Assembly (NCBI GenBank): GCA_963667845.2
Contig: CAXXVL010000001.1
Coordinates: forward strand, 192,001 to 256,000
Length of the DNA: 64,000 bases
Direction: 5' to 3'
Source: Smithellaceae bacterium
GTDB lineage: Bacteria; Desulfobacterota; Syntrophia; Syntrophales; Smithellaceae
The number at the start of each line of letters is the position of its first letter. Position 1 is the first letter of the stretch. The notes under the pieces are model-generated. The model worked only from the letters and a program-made list of their open reading frames with translations, did no database searches and had not been told where the DNA came from. Shown one piece after another: positions 31,180-41,679 of this stretch. Both the position numbers and the translations under genes were made by a program.

Positions 31180-31797
31180 TTATCGCGCCTGATCAGCCGA
31201 ATTTTGTAATATTCCCAATTTGCTGATCGCATCGATAATACTCACAACGGCCTGCGCCATCGCTATTTCCGCCGGCGCTGCGTAGTTGCGGTGAAGATCG
31301 ATACCGCCCATTTCCGCGCCCTGGGCCCGGTAATCATTCTCCAGGACGATCTTGCCTGTTTTATCGTAGACGGTAACGTGGTACGTGATTTCCGCGTAAT
31401 AGTCGGCATTCCGGATAAAGAAATTGTGCTTTTCGCTGAATTTATCGATGCGGGGATGAACAACAAGGACGATGCCGCTGCCGCCTCGCACCGGGAAAGC
31501 GGGCTTCGCTCCAACGACCGTCACACCCTCCGACGCCACCGTGAATGCCCTGACAAAAAGGTTCTTCGACGCAGATCCGAGATCGTAATCCAGGCCTTGC
31601 AGCTCCGCATCGGAAAAGCCTTCCCAGTGATAATTCTGGAAATCGCTATCCACGAGCAGGATAATTTTGCAGGGGATATGTTTCTTTCCCAGATCAAGCG
31701 CCGAGGTGGGATTCATCGAGAGGTGCAGGGTGCATCCGGAAACCCCCAAAGCCAGCGCGATAAACAGGACTGCCGCTATAACGTTGGTCTTCTTCAT
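31180..31797 (-). CDS. Hypothetical lipoprotein
   Basis: Signal peptide with lipobox VSG-C. Confidence 0.75.
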   Translation of the reverse strand: MKKTNVIAAVLFIALALGVSGCTLHLSMNPTSALDLGKKHIPCKIILLVDSDFQNYHWEGFSDAELQGLDYDLGSASKNLFVRAFTVASEGVTVVGAKPAFPVRGGSGIVLVVHPRIDKFSEKHNFFIRNADYYAEITYHVTVYDKTGKIVLENDYRAQGAEMGGIDLHRNYAAPAEIAMAQAVVSIIDAISKLGILQNSADQAR

Positions 31798-31938
31798 CGA
31801 TCCATCCTTTCCGGATGATTGCGGTCATGCCCTTTCGAAGCGGCCTTAAGTTTTGCTGCTGAGCTTTTTACTCTTGACCTTGTCACCCCGGCCAGGACTA
31901 AAAACGCTCCACAGGTGCGGACGCGATTCGGCGTTCGG

Positions 31939-33387
31939 TTAGCGGATTTTTTTCCCCTTCATGCCGGAGAGCTCCTGACGCAGTTGGGCAATCTCCTCTT
32001 CGAGCATCAGATTTCTCTGCCGCAGGCGGTTCGCATCGGCAAGATAACGGTCTTTAATGTCGTCATAATATGTACAGCGGTTGCGCCCGTCTTCCTTGCT
32101 GACATACAGGGCTTTGTCGGCCCGGTCGATGGCATCCATAACGGCGTTCATCGTGACCTCAAATTCCGCTATCCCCGCCGAAACCGTTATCGCATAGTCG
32201 AGTCCTTCGACGGCAAAAGATGATTTTTCGATGTTCTTGCGCAGAGCCTCCATGGCATCCAGCACGGCCTGTCTTTCGTAGCCGTAAAATACGGCGCAGA
32301 ATTCCTCGCCGCCATAGCGGTAGGCATACGGCACCCCGTCACGGATCAGCAGGGCAACCTTTTTCAGAACCTGGTCGCCTGCGGGATGGCCGTAAGTGTC
32401 GTTCAGGGTCTTGAACTTGTCGATATCGATCATGGCGACGAACAGCTTCTTCTGTCCGCTTTTGAACTGCGTGAACAGCCGCCCCATCTGCTCATTGAGC
32501 TTACGCTTATTATAGAGTTGGGTAAGATCGTCGGTGTAGACCTTGGCCGCAAGCAAGCGGTTTTGATTGGCCTCAATAACGCGCGCGGCGACCGGTGTGA
32601 TAAAGTCAACTTTCTTGATCCAGCGGTCGCGGTCGAAATCTTCTGTTTTCGTGCACAGGATGCGGCAGTGACCGATCTGCCGGCCCTCCACGACGAGCGG
32701 AGTCTCATAGATGGTTTCCTGCACCTCCTGAAAAGTCGGCGCGTCAACGGTATGAGGCAACTCAGTGCTGTCGTTGGATTGTTTATTGTAGACAAAAATT
32801 TTCCCGTCGGTGTCGAGGTTCGTCGTCAGAAATTTGTCATCATCGAATAAATACACTTCGATGTGTCTGGCTTCGAGAAAGCTGACGATTCTGCTCATGG
32901 CTTTTTCAAACGGCTCAAGCTGCAGCTCGACCAGCCACTGGCTTTGCAGCATGCGCTGTTCGAACGTTTCGAGCTCCTGCAAATTGGCGATCTGGGATTC
33001 GGCCATTTCCTGCTGCACAAACCGGAGACGGTCGGATTCACTCAGGCTCTCCTTCGCGGTCTTCTGCGCATGATTATACTTTTCGAGCAACACGACGATT
33101 TTTTCATACACCTTCTGAATGCGGTCGCGGTTCTTGAAGATCGCGCCGAGTTTGCCCGGTTCCAGGGCCTCGACGATTTCGGCGCCGAGCTTTTCGCGGA
33201 TCATGTTGATGTATTTATCCGGAATGCCGCGCAGACATTCCTGGGACACATCGTTCTCTACATGGCGGAGCCCAACCTGAAAATCGTTAACGGCTGCCGC
33301 GTCGTGCCGGGCGTCTTTCGATCTCTTTTCGATATCCTTCATGATCTCCTGGACGATGGCACGCGCGTTATCCAATTTTTTCTTCAT
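31939..33387 (-). CDS. Diguanylate cyclase (GGDEF domain)
   Basis: D.LTQLYNKR, MIDIDKFK.LNDTYGH..GD, RYGGEEF, ADKALY.SK..GRN. Confidence 0.9.
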   Translation of the reverse strand: MKKKLDNARAIVQEIMKDIEKRSKDARHDAAAVNDFQVGLRHVENDVSQECLRGIPDKYINMIREKLGAEIVEALEPGKLGAIFKNRDRIQKVYEKIVVLLEKYNHAQKTAKESLSESDRLRFVQQEMAESQIANLQELETFEQRMLQSQWLVELQLEPFEKAMSRIVSFLEARHIEVYLFDDDKFLTTNLDTDGKIFVYNKQSNDSTELPHTVDAPTFQEVQETIYETPLVVEGRQIGHCRILCTKTEDFDRDRWIKKVDFITPVAARVIEANQNRLLAAKVYTDDLTQLYNKRKLNEQMGRLFTQFKSGQKKLFVAMIDIDKFKTLNDTYGHPAGDQVLKKVALLIRDGVPYAYRYGGEEFCAVFYGYERQAVLDAMEALRKNIEKSSFAVEGLDYAITVSAGIAEFEVTMNAVMDAIDRADKALYVSKEDGRNRCTYYDDIKDRYLADANRLRQRNLMLEEEIAQLRQELSGMKGKKIR

Positions 33388-33821
33388 ATTCCGATTATTC
33401 CAAACCTTCAGTTTTGGTTACTGAAACTATCGGCGCGATGCGCCCTATTCTTGATGATCTTTATCACAAGGGTTAACAAGATATAGGATGAATGTAAAGA
33501 GAGAGTTTATCGATTTCCAGTCTCCCGATGGACGTCCGCAATCTTGACGTTCCTCACGAAAGCGGGTGTTGCCGGCACCGGAAGGCGCCGCCTCTCGGAA
33601 AGAGAGCCTGTCCCTGTCTTGTGCGGTTTTGCTGATCTTGATCATATCTTCCGCAGCTCCCGCATGATTTGTGCATGGGCTCACGCTCCGCCCGGTTTCT
33701 TCCCTTAAATCCTCTATGACACTTGATTGGAAAAAGGAAAAGTCGCGAACCGGTATGAACGGCATGCCGCATTTGCGGGATTAGGTGGCAATATCGGGGA
33801 AAATATTCTAATAATAAATTC

Positions 33822-34931
33822 ATGGAACCGTCCGAGCGATACCTGGCCCTCGATGTCCTGCGCGGAATGACCATCGTACTCATGATTCTGGTCAATACCC
33901 CGGGAAACTGGCAATATGTTTACGCGCCGCTTGAGCACTCCGTGTGGCATGGCTGCACGCCTGCGGACCTGGTCTTTCCCTTTTTCCTTTTCGTCGTGGG
34001 CGTCTCGCTGTTCTTCTCCTTGGCTAAATATCAAAATGAATTGAGCGGAAAATCGCTTTGGCGGGTCGGCCGCAGAACGCTCTTGATTTTTGTAATCGGA
34101 CTCTTCATCAATTCCTATCCCCAGTGGTTGACCGATTATTCGCACCTGAGAATCATGGGCGTACTGCAAAGAATTGCCGTGGCCTACGGGCTTGCCGCAC
34201 TCATTGTGCTTGGCGCATCGCGCCGCTGGCTCCCGGGCATCGGTGTTTTCATTCTCACTGCCTATTGGGGCATCCTCTATTCTTTTGGCGGCCCCGACCC
34301 CTACAGCCTTTCCGGAAATGCCGCCATTCCTTTCGATCGCTCCATCCTGGGCGAGAATCATCTTTACCGGGGCTTTGGAATTCCCTTTGATCCGGAAGGA
34401 ATCCTCAGCTCCCTGCCTGCGGCTGTTACTGTCCTGATCGGTTATCTGGCGGGAGGGGTGATCCGCGAAACTGAAATCGGGCGAGTGCCGCTGCGGCTGA
34501 TTTTTTCCGGCCTGGCCTTTGCCGTCGCCGGATGCCTCTGGGGCTTTGTGTTTCCCATCAACAAACCTTTATGGACCGGTTCTTACGTCCTCTATACGGC
34601 GGGTCTTGCCGCGCTTGTGCTTGCCGTGCTCATTTATGTCATCGATCTTAAGGGATACAAGAAATGGAGTCTGCTCTTTTCCGTCTTCGGAATGAATCCT
34701 TTGTTTCTTTTTGTTCTTTCGATTCTCTGGGGCAAAACCCTGCGGCAGTTGAGCCGCATTCCGGCAGACGACGGCAATATCATGACCGGAAGCACCTGGC
34801 TGTACCAGAATATTTTTGTGCCTTGGGCAGGCCTCATGAACGGCTCGCTCGCCTATGCGCTGGCGCACATCGTCTTTTTCTGGTTCATCGGGTATGCACT
34901 TTTCAGGTACAGGTTTTTCGTTAAAGTTTGA
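33822..34931 (+). CDS. HGSNAT/NagX-like (DUF5009) membrane acyltransferase
   Basis: R..ALDVLRG.T...MILVN.PG, DLVFPFFLF.VG, GVLQRI, FDPEG, PINK.LWT.SY. Confidence 0.9.
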   Translation: MEPSERYLALDVLRGMTIVLMILVNTPGNWQYVYAPLEHSVWHGCTPADLVFPFFLFVVGVSLFFSLAKYQNELSGKSLWRVGRRTLLIFVIGLFINSYPQWLTDYSHLRIMGVLQRIAVAYGLAALIVLGASRRWLPGIGVFILTAYWGILYSFGGPDPYSLSGNAAIPFDRSILGENHLYRGFGIPFDPEGILSSLPAAVTVLIGYLAGGVIRETEIGRVPLRLIFSGLAFAVAGCLWGFVFPINKPLWTGSYVLYTAGLAALVLAVLIYVIDLKGYKKWSLLFSVFGMNPLFLFVLSILWGKTLRQLSRIPADDGNIMTGSTWLYQNIFVPWAGLMNGSLAYALAHIVFFWFIGYALFRYRFFVKV

Positions 34932-35066
34932 TCATCATCAGACGTGAAGAGGGGGCACCCTCAAAGAGACGCCCGGAAGCGCCCTCGGGAAAATCCGGTT
35001 TTAGCAAATCGGCCGGACAGGCCGCTTTTTAGGAGCGGCGTTTATTTCAGGGCGGCGCAAGCCGCT

Positions 35067-36314
35067 CTAATTCTTTTTTGCCCCCATCAACTGCGGCGTC
35101 TGCTCGTTGTTGAATTGTCTTCTGGCAATACGTTCAACCTGCGGTTTGACGTAGCCGAAAAGGTCATCAATCCGGATGGAGCCGTCCGGCCTGACAATCT
35201 CTTCATTTTTTATCCCTTTGAGCAGGAAGTAGGTGAAAAGCCCGTGCCCCTTTTCATCGTAGGTCGCGCTGACCTGATCACCGGATGAGGCCGCCAGGAC
35301 CGTCATGTTTTTTGGCAGGGCCTTGTTGTTCGGGAGATTCATGACCAGGGGCCGCAGCCCTTTCGCAATGACCGACCTGCCTCCCGCGCCGGAAAAACAG
35401 GAATCGAGAACAACGATGATTTCCTTCGCCGGTAATTTGCCGAGCGCATTGTACATTCTGTGGAGCGAGTAGCCCGTTTCCGAAATAAAGGCCGGATCGC
35501 CGTCGTAAGGAACCAGATAAGCTCCGCCGGTCTTATGATCCGGTGCGCCGTGGCCGGAATAATAGATGAAAACAGTTCCGTCTTTTTCCACCTGGTTGTG
35601 GAGCCATCTTTCAAAGTATTTGGCCAGATCGCTTTGCAGCGCTTTTTCGTTGGTCAGCAAAACAACATTCTCTTCCGGATAGCCCATGACTTTCATCAGA
35701 TACTCCGCGACCAGCCGGGCGTCGCTTACGGCAAAATCCGCCCGGGGAAGTTTCTGACGATATTCCTCGATGCCGATGACGATTGCGAAATCACTTTTGT
35801 TTATCTTTGCCGAGGTCCTCGGCAATTCGTCGATATCAGATTTGACAGCAGGCCTTTCCGGCGCGGCCGTTGATGCTTTGGCGACGGGCGCTTGTTTTGC
35901 CGCGATCAACTTGGCCTCCACCCTCTTGAGGACGGACAGTTCCCATTTTCGGAGAACCTCCGGGGTGTTTTGCTGGCTCGCGATCATTCTCACTTCCGTT
36001 TTGTCCGGCGAATCGGTTTTTGTAAATGTGAGAGTGACCGCGGCGCTGTATTCATTGTAGGGCTTGGCGATGAGAGAACCCTCATTGCGGGTCACCGAAT
36101 ACCTTTCGAAGGGAAATTCCTCCACGAAGGCGGCGTAGGTTTCCTCATAGGAGGCCGGCATCACCCGGGCGGTGCCCTGCTCGGGAGATGAAGGCTCTGC
36201 CTTTTGGGCCTGAGGAGCAACCAGCATAAATGCCTGCGCCGAATAAGCGCAAGCCAGGACAAAGATGATGCTGATTCCGGAAATTAGAATTCTCAAAGCA
36301 CTTACCCTTTCCAT
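35067..36314 (-). CDS. Exported caspase-like (peptidase C14) protein
   Basis: Signal-peptide-like N-terminus; AIVIGIEEY, YYSGHG, LDSCFSG dyad, HGLFTYFLLKG, QTPQ; start approximate. Confidence 0.85.
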   Translation of the reverse strand: MERVSALRILISGISIIFVLACAYSAQAFMLVAPQAQKAEPSSPEQGTARVMPASYEETYAAFVEEFPFERYSVTRNEGSLIAKPYNEYSAAVTLTFTKTDSPDKTEVRMIASQQNTPEVLRKWELSVLKRVEAKLIAAKQAPVAKASTAAPERPAVKSDIDELPRTSAKINKSDFAIVIGIEEYRQKLPRADFAVSDARLVAEYLMKVMGYPEENVVLLTNEKALQSDLAKYFERWLHNQVEKDGTVFIYYSGHGAPDHKTGGAYLVPYDGDPAFISETGYSLHRMYNALGKLPAKEIIVVLDSCFSGAGGRSVIAKGLRPLVMNLPNNKALPKNMTVLAASSGDQVSATYDEKGHGLFTYFLLKGIKNEEIVRPDGSIRIDDLFGYVKPQVERIARRQFNNEQTPQLMGAKKN

Positions 36315-36768
36315 CGCCATATCCTCCTCTGTTACCGCTCTTAATGAATAGCTCCGGTTGTCGTGACCGACGTCTCGTCCTTTGCCTTTATTATATTTTC
36401 TTTTTGTGTCGTTGTGCACAGGTTTCCCAAAACGATTGAAGAAGCCCCCACTTCGGAAGTCCGGAAAGGAGGCCTGTGTTGTTTTGCCGGTGCCCGCCGT
36501 ATCCGGATCCCACTTCGGCTAAGCACAGCATCTTTATCGGAAAAATGCAAACCGGCTCCTGATCATCAGGAAAAGCAGCAGGAGGAAACAATAGCGAAAG
36601 CCGTATCGCCCATCTCTCAAGAGCGCCTTAGCGAGGGAGTAGTGAGTGGAATATTACACGGGGATCCATTTGCATGCAAACAACAATTTTGGGGCGAAGC
36701 TGGAATGGGTATTTCCGTCGGCCGATCTGTTTTGTCCTATCGGGAAACCGAAAAAGGAAAAATATTCC

Positions 36769-36827
36769 ATCCCGCTCACGCGGGACGATCGTTAATTCTC
36801 CGCAGCTTGCTGCGAGGTTGTTGATTA
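36769..36827 (-). repeat. REP-like dispersed repeat, short form, copy 4
   Basis: 55/59 nt identical to 7424..7482. Confidence 0.9.
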
Positions 36828-37073
36828 AAATACCATTTTTTGCGGATGAAAGGCATCGGAAAAACCTCCCGCGACGATGGCGACGGCTCGATTATTTAGG
36901 AAAGATTATAGACAAAATTTATGATAGCATTAATTTTGTATAAGCCGCCATGTCAATCATGGTGGCGAATCCCTTCAGGGAGTCACTGAAAATCGGAGCG
37001 CCGCTGTTTTGCCGGGGCGTTTTTGGGGTCCCCTGGGCGGGGCGAAATTGCATTCTCAGTGAAAGGGTAGGTC

Positions 37074-37541
37074 GTGAGACGCGCTCGGACGATTTTACTT
37101 CTTTTCGTTATTTCGGCTGTCATTCTCGGTTGTACCGGGCAGACGGACGAGGATAAAATCAAGAAGCTCATCACCGATATCCAGACGGCGGGCGAAGAGA
37201 AGAATATCAAGAAGATGATGGACCGCCTCTCGAAAAGGTACAGCGACCCGCAGGGCTACAATTACGACGGCATCCACGGGCTGCTTGTCGGTTATTTCTT
37301 CCGATACCCGAAGATATCCGTCTATATCAGCAACCTCACGGTCACAGTTGAGAACGCTCAGGCGAGGGCCGTATTTCAGACCGTCCTCACCAGCGGCGAG
37401 AAAACCGGCTCGATTACCGACGCCATTCCGCAATCGCTGGGCATGTGGGACTTCGATGTGTTATTGAAGAAAGAATCAGACGGCTGGAAAGTTGTCTCGG
37501 CTAAATGGGAACAAGTGGAAGTGATGAAACCCGAAAAATAA
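37074..37541 (+). CDS. Lipoprotein, NTF2-like fold
   Basis: Lipobox ILG-C; SKRY.D..G and L.KE.DGWKV pattern. Confidence 0.7.
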   Translation: MRRARTILLLFVISAVILGCTGQTDEDKIKKLITDIQTAGEEKNIKKMMDRLSKRYSDPQGYNYDGIHGLLVGYFFRYPKISVYISNLTVTVENAQARAVFQTVLTSGEKTGSITDAIPQSLGMWDFDVLLKKESDGWKVVSAKWEQVEVMKPEK

Positions 37542-37743
37542 TGAAGAAGCTGCCTGCAAGTTGCCGTCCTGTCCCGTCTTTTGTTCCAGGAGCGGCCGGG
37601 ATTCTCTGCACTGAAATACCCTGCGGGGGCCCTACCGGATGGTCATTTCCGGATGATTTATTGTTGCAATTATTTTTTTGATAAAATATGTATCGACTTA
37701 CCAACACCAGTGTGAATAGAACCAAGCCCACAAGGAGATCGCT

Positions 37744-38127
37744 ATGCCGACTGCATTGCCTGACTTTACGAGATACTCTGACTTTTTTGATAAAAAGCAT
37801 ATTAAGGAATTTATAGCCGGCGAATATATCTTTCACAAAGGGGACGAAGCGGATTGCATGTATGTCGTCCTCGCGGGAAAAGTGGCAATCGACTCGGAAA
37901 AGCGCATTCTGTACATTGCAAAAAAAGGGGATATTTTCGGAGATATGGCGATGATCGACAAGTCTCCGCGCAGCGCCGATGTCCGGGCGTTTACGAACTG
38001 CACAGTAGCTTCTTTTGACGATTATGCGTTCAGATTTCTCGTTAAGAATATGCCCGATTTTACGCTGGACATTATGCGTGTTATGGCGATCCGGATACGG
38101 TCGCTAAACGATGCCCTGCTGACGTAA
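37744..38127 (+). CDS. Stand-alone cyclic nucleotide-binding domain protein
   Basis: GEYIF.KGD..D.MYVV..G.V, GDIFGDMA....PRSA.V.A; AAGGAG RBS. Confidence 0.85.
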   Translation: MPTALPDFTRYSDFFDKKHIKEFIAGEYIFHKGDEADCMYVVLAGKVAIDSEKRILYIAKKGDIFGDMAMIDKSPRSADVRAFTNCTVASFDDYAFRFLVKNMPDFTLDIMRVMAIRIRSLNDALLT

Positions 38128-38217
38128 CAGATTCTTCACCATTCCGATCCCCGGCATCCGGGCCGTTTGTCTCTTCGCGGGGTTCATCCCCCGGCAAGTG
38201 AATGTGATCAAGAACCG

Positions 38218-39126
38218 CTAACGGTGCTTGATAAAGGTTCCGTTCTCGTATTCCTCAAAGGCAGTCCGCAATTCTTCCCGGGTGTTCATCACGATGGGGC
38301 CATACCAGGCAACCGGTTCGCCGATCGGCTTTCCCGATACCAGAAGAAACCGGACCGGCCGCTCCTCGGCGGTGATGGCGACTTCATCTCCGTCTCCGTA
38401 CAGGATCAGACTCTCGGGGCCGCAGGCGCACTGCCCTTTCATGTCGAAGTAGGCGTTGGCGACCACCTCATGGGAATAGGCGCTGCGCTCGGGATCGAAG
38501 TAGCCCTCCCCGTCCACCACATAGGCGAATACCTTATGCCCGCGCGCAATCGGGTGATTAAAGGTCGTTTCCGGCGGCAGGCTGACGTCCAGATAGGAAG
38601 GATCGGCGACAACGTCGCGAACCGGCCCCTTCACGTTGCCGATCTCACCGCAGATGACTTTCACCCGGATATCGCCTTTGAGCGTCGCTTCCGGAATTTG
38701 CCGGCTCACAATTCCGCGGTAGCGCGGCTCCATCATCTTGCGGGAGGCGGGCAGGTTTGCCCAGAGTTGGAAGCCCCAGAGGAGTCCGTCGCTGTCGCCC
38801 CGGGGCATTTCCTGATGGATGATGCCGCTGCCGGCGGTCATCCACTGTACGTCTCCCGACGCAATAACCCCTTTATTTTTCATGCTGTCGCCGTGTTCCA
38901 CGCGGCCATGGATGACGTAGGTGATCGTCTCGATTCCCCGATGGGGGTGCCAGGGGAATCCCTTCAGGTAATGGGGCGGATAATTTGAATGGAAGTCGTC
39001 AAGCAGGAGGAAGGGATCGAACAGGGAGACTTCGTTGTTGCCGAAGGCGCGTTTCAGATGAACGCCCGCGCCCTCCAATGTGGGCTTGCTTTTCCAGACT
39101 TTGCTGATCATGCGTGCGGATTCCAT
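38218..39126 (-). CDS. Pirin family protein
   Basis: DPFLLLD, GFPWHPHRGIET.TY, QWMTAGSGIIHQE, GPIVMNT. Confidence 0.95.
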   Translation of the reverse strand: MESARMISKVWKSKPTLEGAGVHLKRAFGNNEVSLFDPFLLLDDFHSNYPPHYLKGFPWHPHRGIETITYVIHGRVEHGDSMKNKGVIASGDVQWMTAGSGIIHQEMPRGDSDGLLWGFQLWANLPASRKMMEPRYRGIVSRQIPEATLKGDIRVKVICGEIGNVKGPVRDVVADPSYLDVSLPPETTFNHPIARGHKVFAYVVDGEGYFDPERSAYSHEVVANAYFDMKGQCACGPESLILYGDGDEVAITAEERPVRFLLVSGKPIGEPVAWYGPIVMNTREELRTAFEEYENGTFIKHR

Positions 39127-39595
39127 AAATTCCTCCCATCCTTCATTTCTGACTGAAGAATTAGACGAGCGCATCCATCATCCGGGCTTTGCTCTTTTTC
39201 TCCACATGGTCAGAGAGCCCGCTTTCTTTAGCCGGGGCGGTACCGCAGGATGCAACCGTTTGTTCTGAAATTACAGATTCGGAACGCGGCGGGCAATATG
39301 GGAAAAATGGCAGGTAAAAAATAGGTAAAACCTACCAGCGCGTGCTGCTTCTTTCCGCGAGGGGAGGCGCCCAAAAGATTTTATGAAGAGTCCGGCCGAT
39401 GTTGCGCGGGAGATTGAAGTTGTAGCCGATCTGATGACCGCTATGCCGACCGGTGATGACGCGCGACGCGGATTCCGGCAATAAACCCAATATTGATATC
39501 ATTGCGCGCATATGCCATAAGAGCACCGTACCCGGGCAGTAAGCCGGGGGCGCAGCCGCGGCATAGACCGGCAATTGGACTCTGGAAAAGGCATA

Positions 39596-40780
39596 ATGGT
39601 CCCACCTTCAAAAATATTATTTTATCTCATCGAACTCATCAACTGCTATGCCGCAGTCTACTATTCCAATTTTCTTTTCTTTTACCTGAAGCGCACATTC
39701 GGCTTCGGTGAAGGGGCGAATCTGCTGACGGCCGCCCTGGGCGGCATGGTCTATATTGTTGCTTCCTGGCAATGCGGCAAGTGGGTGCATCGCGGAGGTG
39801 CGATCAGGCTGCTTTCCCTGGGTATCTGCGGGGTCATTTTTGCGCTCGCTCTGGGCATGGTGGTTACGGCGCCCTGGGCGCAGGTGCTGGTGTATGGCCT
39901 GTGGACTGTCGGGATTTGTTTTATCTGGCCGACCCTGGAGACACTAATCAGCGAGAGGTCGGGCCGGGAGCTCACAAAGATGGTCGGCATTTATAATGTC
40001 ACCTGGGCCGGCAGCGCCGCCATTGCCTACTTCACGGCGGGGCTCCTGATTGAAGAATTGGGCATGGCGAGCGTCTTCTGGCTTCCCCTGGGCCTGACCG
40101 TTATCGAACTGGCTATTGTGCCGTTTGCTGCAAAACAGCTTGCTTACGAAAGCGGTCTTCGAGATCACGAGGTGCATATCAGCTCGTCGGTCCATCCGGC
40201 AGACAGCAAACGGTTTCTCAAGATGGCCTGGATCGCCAATCCCTTTTCTTACGTGGCGATCAATACGGTCATTCCGCTTATTCCCTCCATTGCGGAAAAA
40301 CTGGGTCTTTCAACGGGGATGGCCGGCATCATCTGTTCTTTCTGGATGTTTGCGAGGCTGGCCGCTTTTGCGGTCTTCTGGCAGTGGACCGGATGGCATT
40401 ACCGCTTTCGGTGGCTGGCCGGATCGTGCCTTTTGATGATCGTCTGCTTTTTCGTCTTTCTCCTGACACAATCGATTGCGCTGCTTTTGATTGCGCAGGT
40501 CGGCTTCGGCCTGTCGATCGGGCTAATCTATTCCTCATCGCTTTACTATTCGCTGAACGTAATGGAAGATCAGGCGAAAAACGCCGGCCTCCACGAAGCG
40601 ATGATCGGCGCGGGCCTGTTTATCGGTCCGGCCGTCGGCGCCGCGAGCCTTTTTCTCGCGCCGGCGGCACACAGCGTCGGTGCCTGGTCGGTCGGGGGCC
40701 TCTTGTGTATCGGTTTTTCCGGCCTGGTCTTTGTGAGAAATTACCGGGGGAGCGAAAACCGCCTTCCGGGAAAGAAGTGA
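39596..40780 (+). CDS. MFS transporter
   Basis: About 12 hydrophobic segments with MFS-like two-fold organisation. Confidence 0.75.
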   Translation: MVPPSKILFYLIELINCYAAVYYSNFLFFYLKRTFGFGEGANLLTAALGGMVYIVASWQCGKWVHRGGAIRLLSLGICGVIFALALGMVVTAPWAQVLVYGLWTVGICFIWPTLETLISERSGRELTKMVGIYNVTWAGSAAIAYFTAGLLIEELGMASVFWLPLGLTVIELAIVPFAAKQLAYESGLRDHEVHISSSVHPADSKRFLKMAWIANPFSYVAINTVIPLIPSIAEKLGLSTGMAGIICSFWMFARLAAFAVFWQWTGWHYRFRWLAGSCLLMIVCFFVFLLTQSIALLLIAQVGFGLSIGLIYSSSLYYSLNVMEDQAKNAGLHEAMIGAGLFIGPAVGAASLFLAPAAHSVGAWSVGGLLCIGFSGLVFVRNYRGSENRLPGKK

Positions 40781-40893
40781 GTGCACTTTCTTTATCGTGA
40801 ATCTGCAGCGGCAGAGCGATGACTCCGATGCCGGCGCGATGAATTACGATGAAGCCACAGGACCCGAAATTATGAATGATTGACCGGGTCTGA

Positions 40894-41511
40894 TTACTGA
40901 TCTTTGCCGATGATGATCCATCCTTTTCTATAATCCACTGTAATTTTGAAATCCGCGAGGAAGCTGAGCCCCAGAAGGCCGTCATACCCGCTAAGTGTCG
41001 ACGCGGCAATCGGTGCGATAATAGAGCGGACCTCACGCTTGCTGACCGGGCCCAGATCGATTTTCTTTATCCGGAAAACATGCCCGCTCACGGAGCCGCA
41101 GTTTGTATGCAGCGTTATTTCCTCGCCTGTGCCGGTGGTATCCTGACCTAGCCTTGCGGCAAGCATTTCGGTCAGGACCACGGCATCGGCGCCGGTATCG
41201 AATATCAGTTTTGTGCTGATCAGGTCATTTAATACCGCGTTGACAACAATGAGTCCGGAGGGGGTCCGTTCAAAGGGGATTGCGATCTCTTCGCGTTGTG
41301 CGTCATCTTCTTTTATGACCCGGGCAACTCTGCGGCCGGCGGCGGGTATGTCGGGCGGGTTATCCGACAGATGCACGACACCGTTTGCGTCAACCCACTG
41401 GTATACATCGGCGGCGGACTGAGCCGGAAGCGATCCGCTGATCAGCATAAGCAGGAGAAACGGGATACTCAAGGACAAGATGCCTGATTTTTTTCCGGTC
41501 ATAAGGGTCAT
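40894..41511 (-). CDS. Exported DUF4124 plus retropepsin-like aspartic protease
   Basis: Signal peptide; DVYQWVDANGVVH.SD.PP; FDTGA; GLLGLSFL. Confidence 0.85.
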   Translation of the reverse strand: MTLMTGKKSGILSLSIPFLLLMLISGSLPAQSAADVYQWVDANGVVHLSDNPPDIPAAGRRVARVIKEDDAQREEIAIPFERTPSGLIVVNAVLNDLISTKLIFDTGADAVVLTEMLAARLGQDTTGTGEEITLHTNCGSVSGHVFRIKKIDLGPVSKREVRSIIAPIAASTLSGYDGLLGLSFLADFKITVDYRKGWIIIGKDQ

Positions 41512-41679
41512 ATCATTTTCCTATCCGACTCCGTTAACGTTACCCTTAATCCGAAAAAGAAAAAATACTAGTTTCCTGTGAGCTAAACGGCACCAAAAAC
41601 TACCGGCGAAAGATGATTTAAAGACCCGCCACAAATGGATTGAAAACAGAAGGGCGAGAGTCGTGAAAAAAATAATGCG

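Noticed and set aside
39332..39501. Small ORFs in gaps (also 581..727, 33445..33765, 57805..57920)
   Set aside because: No convincing RBS, motif or composition; cannot be supported without homology search.
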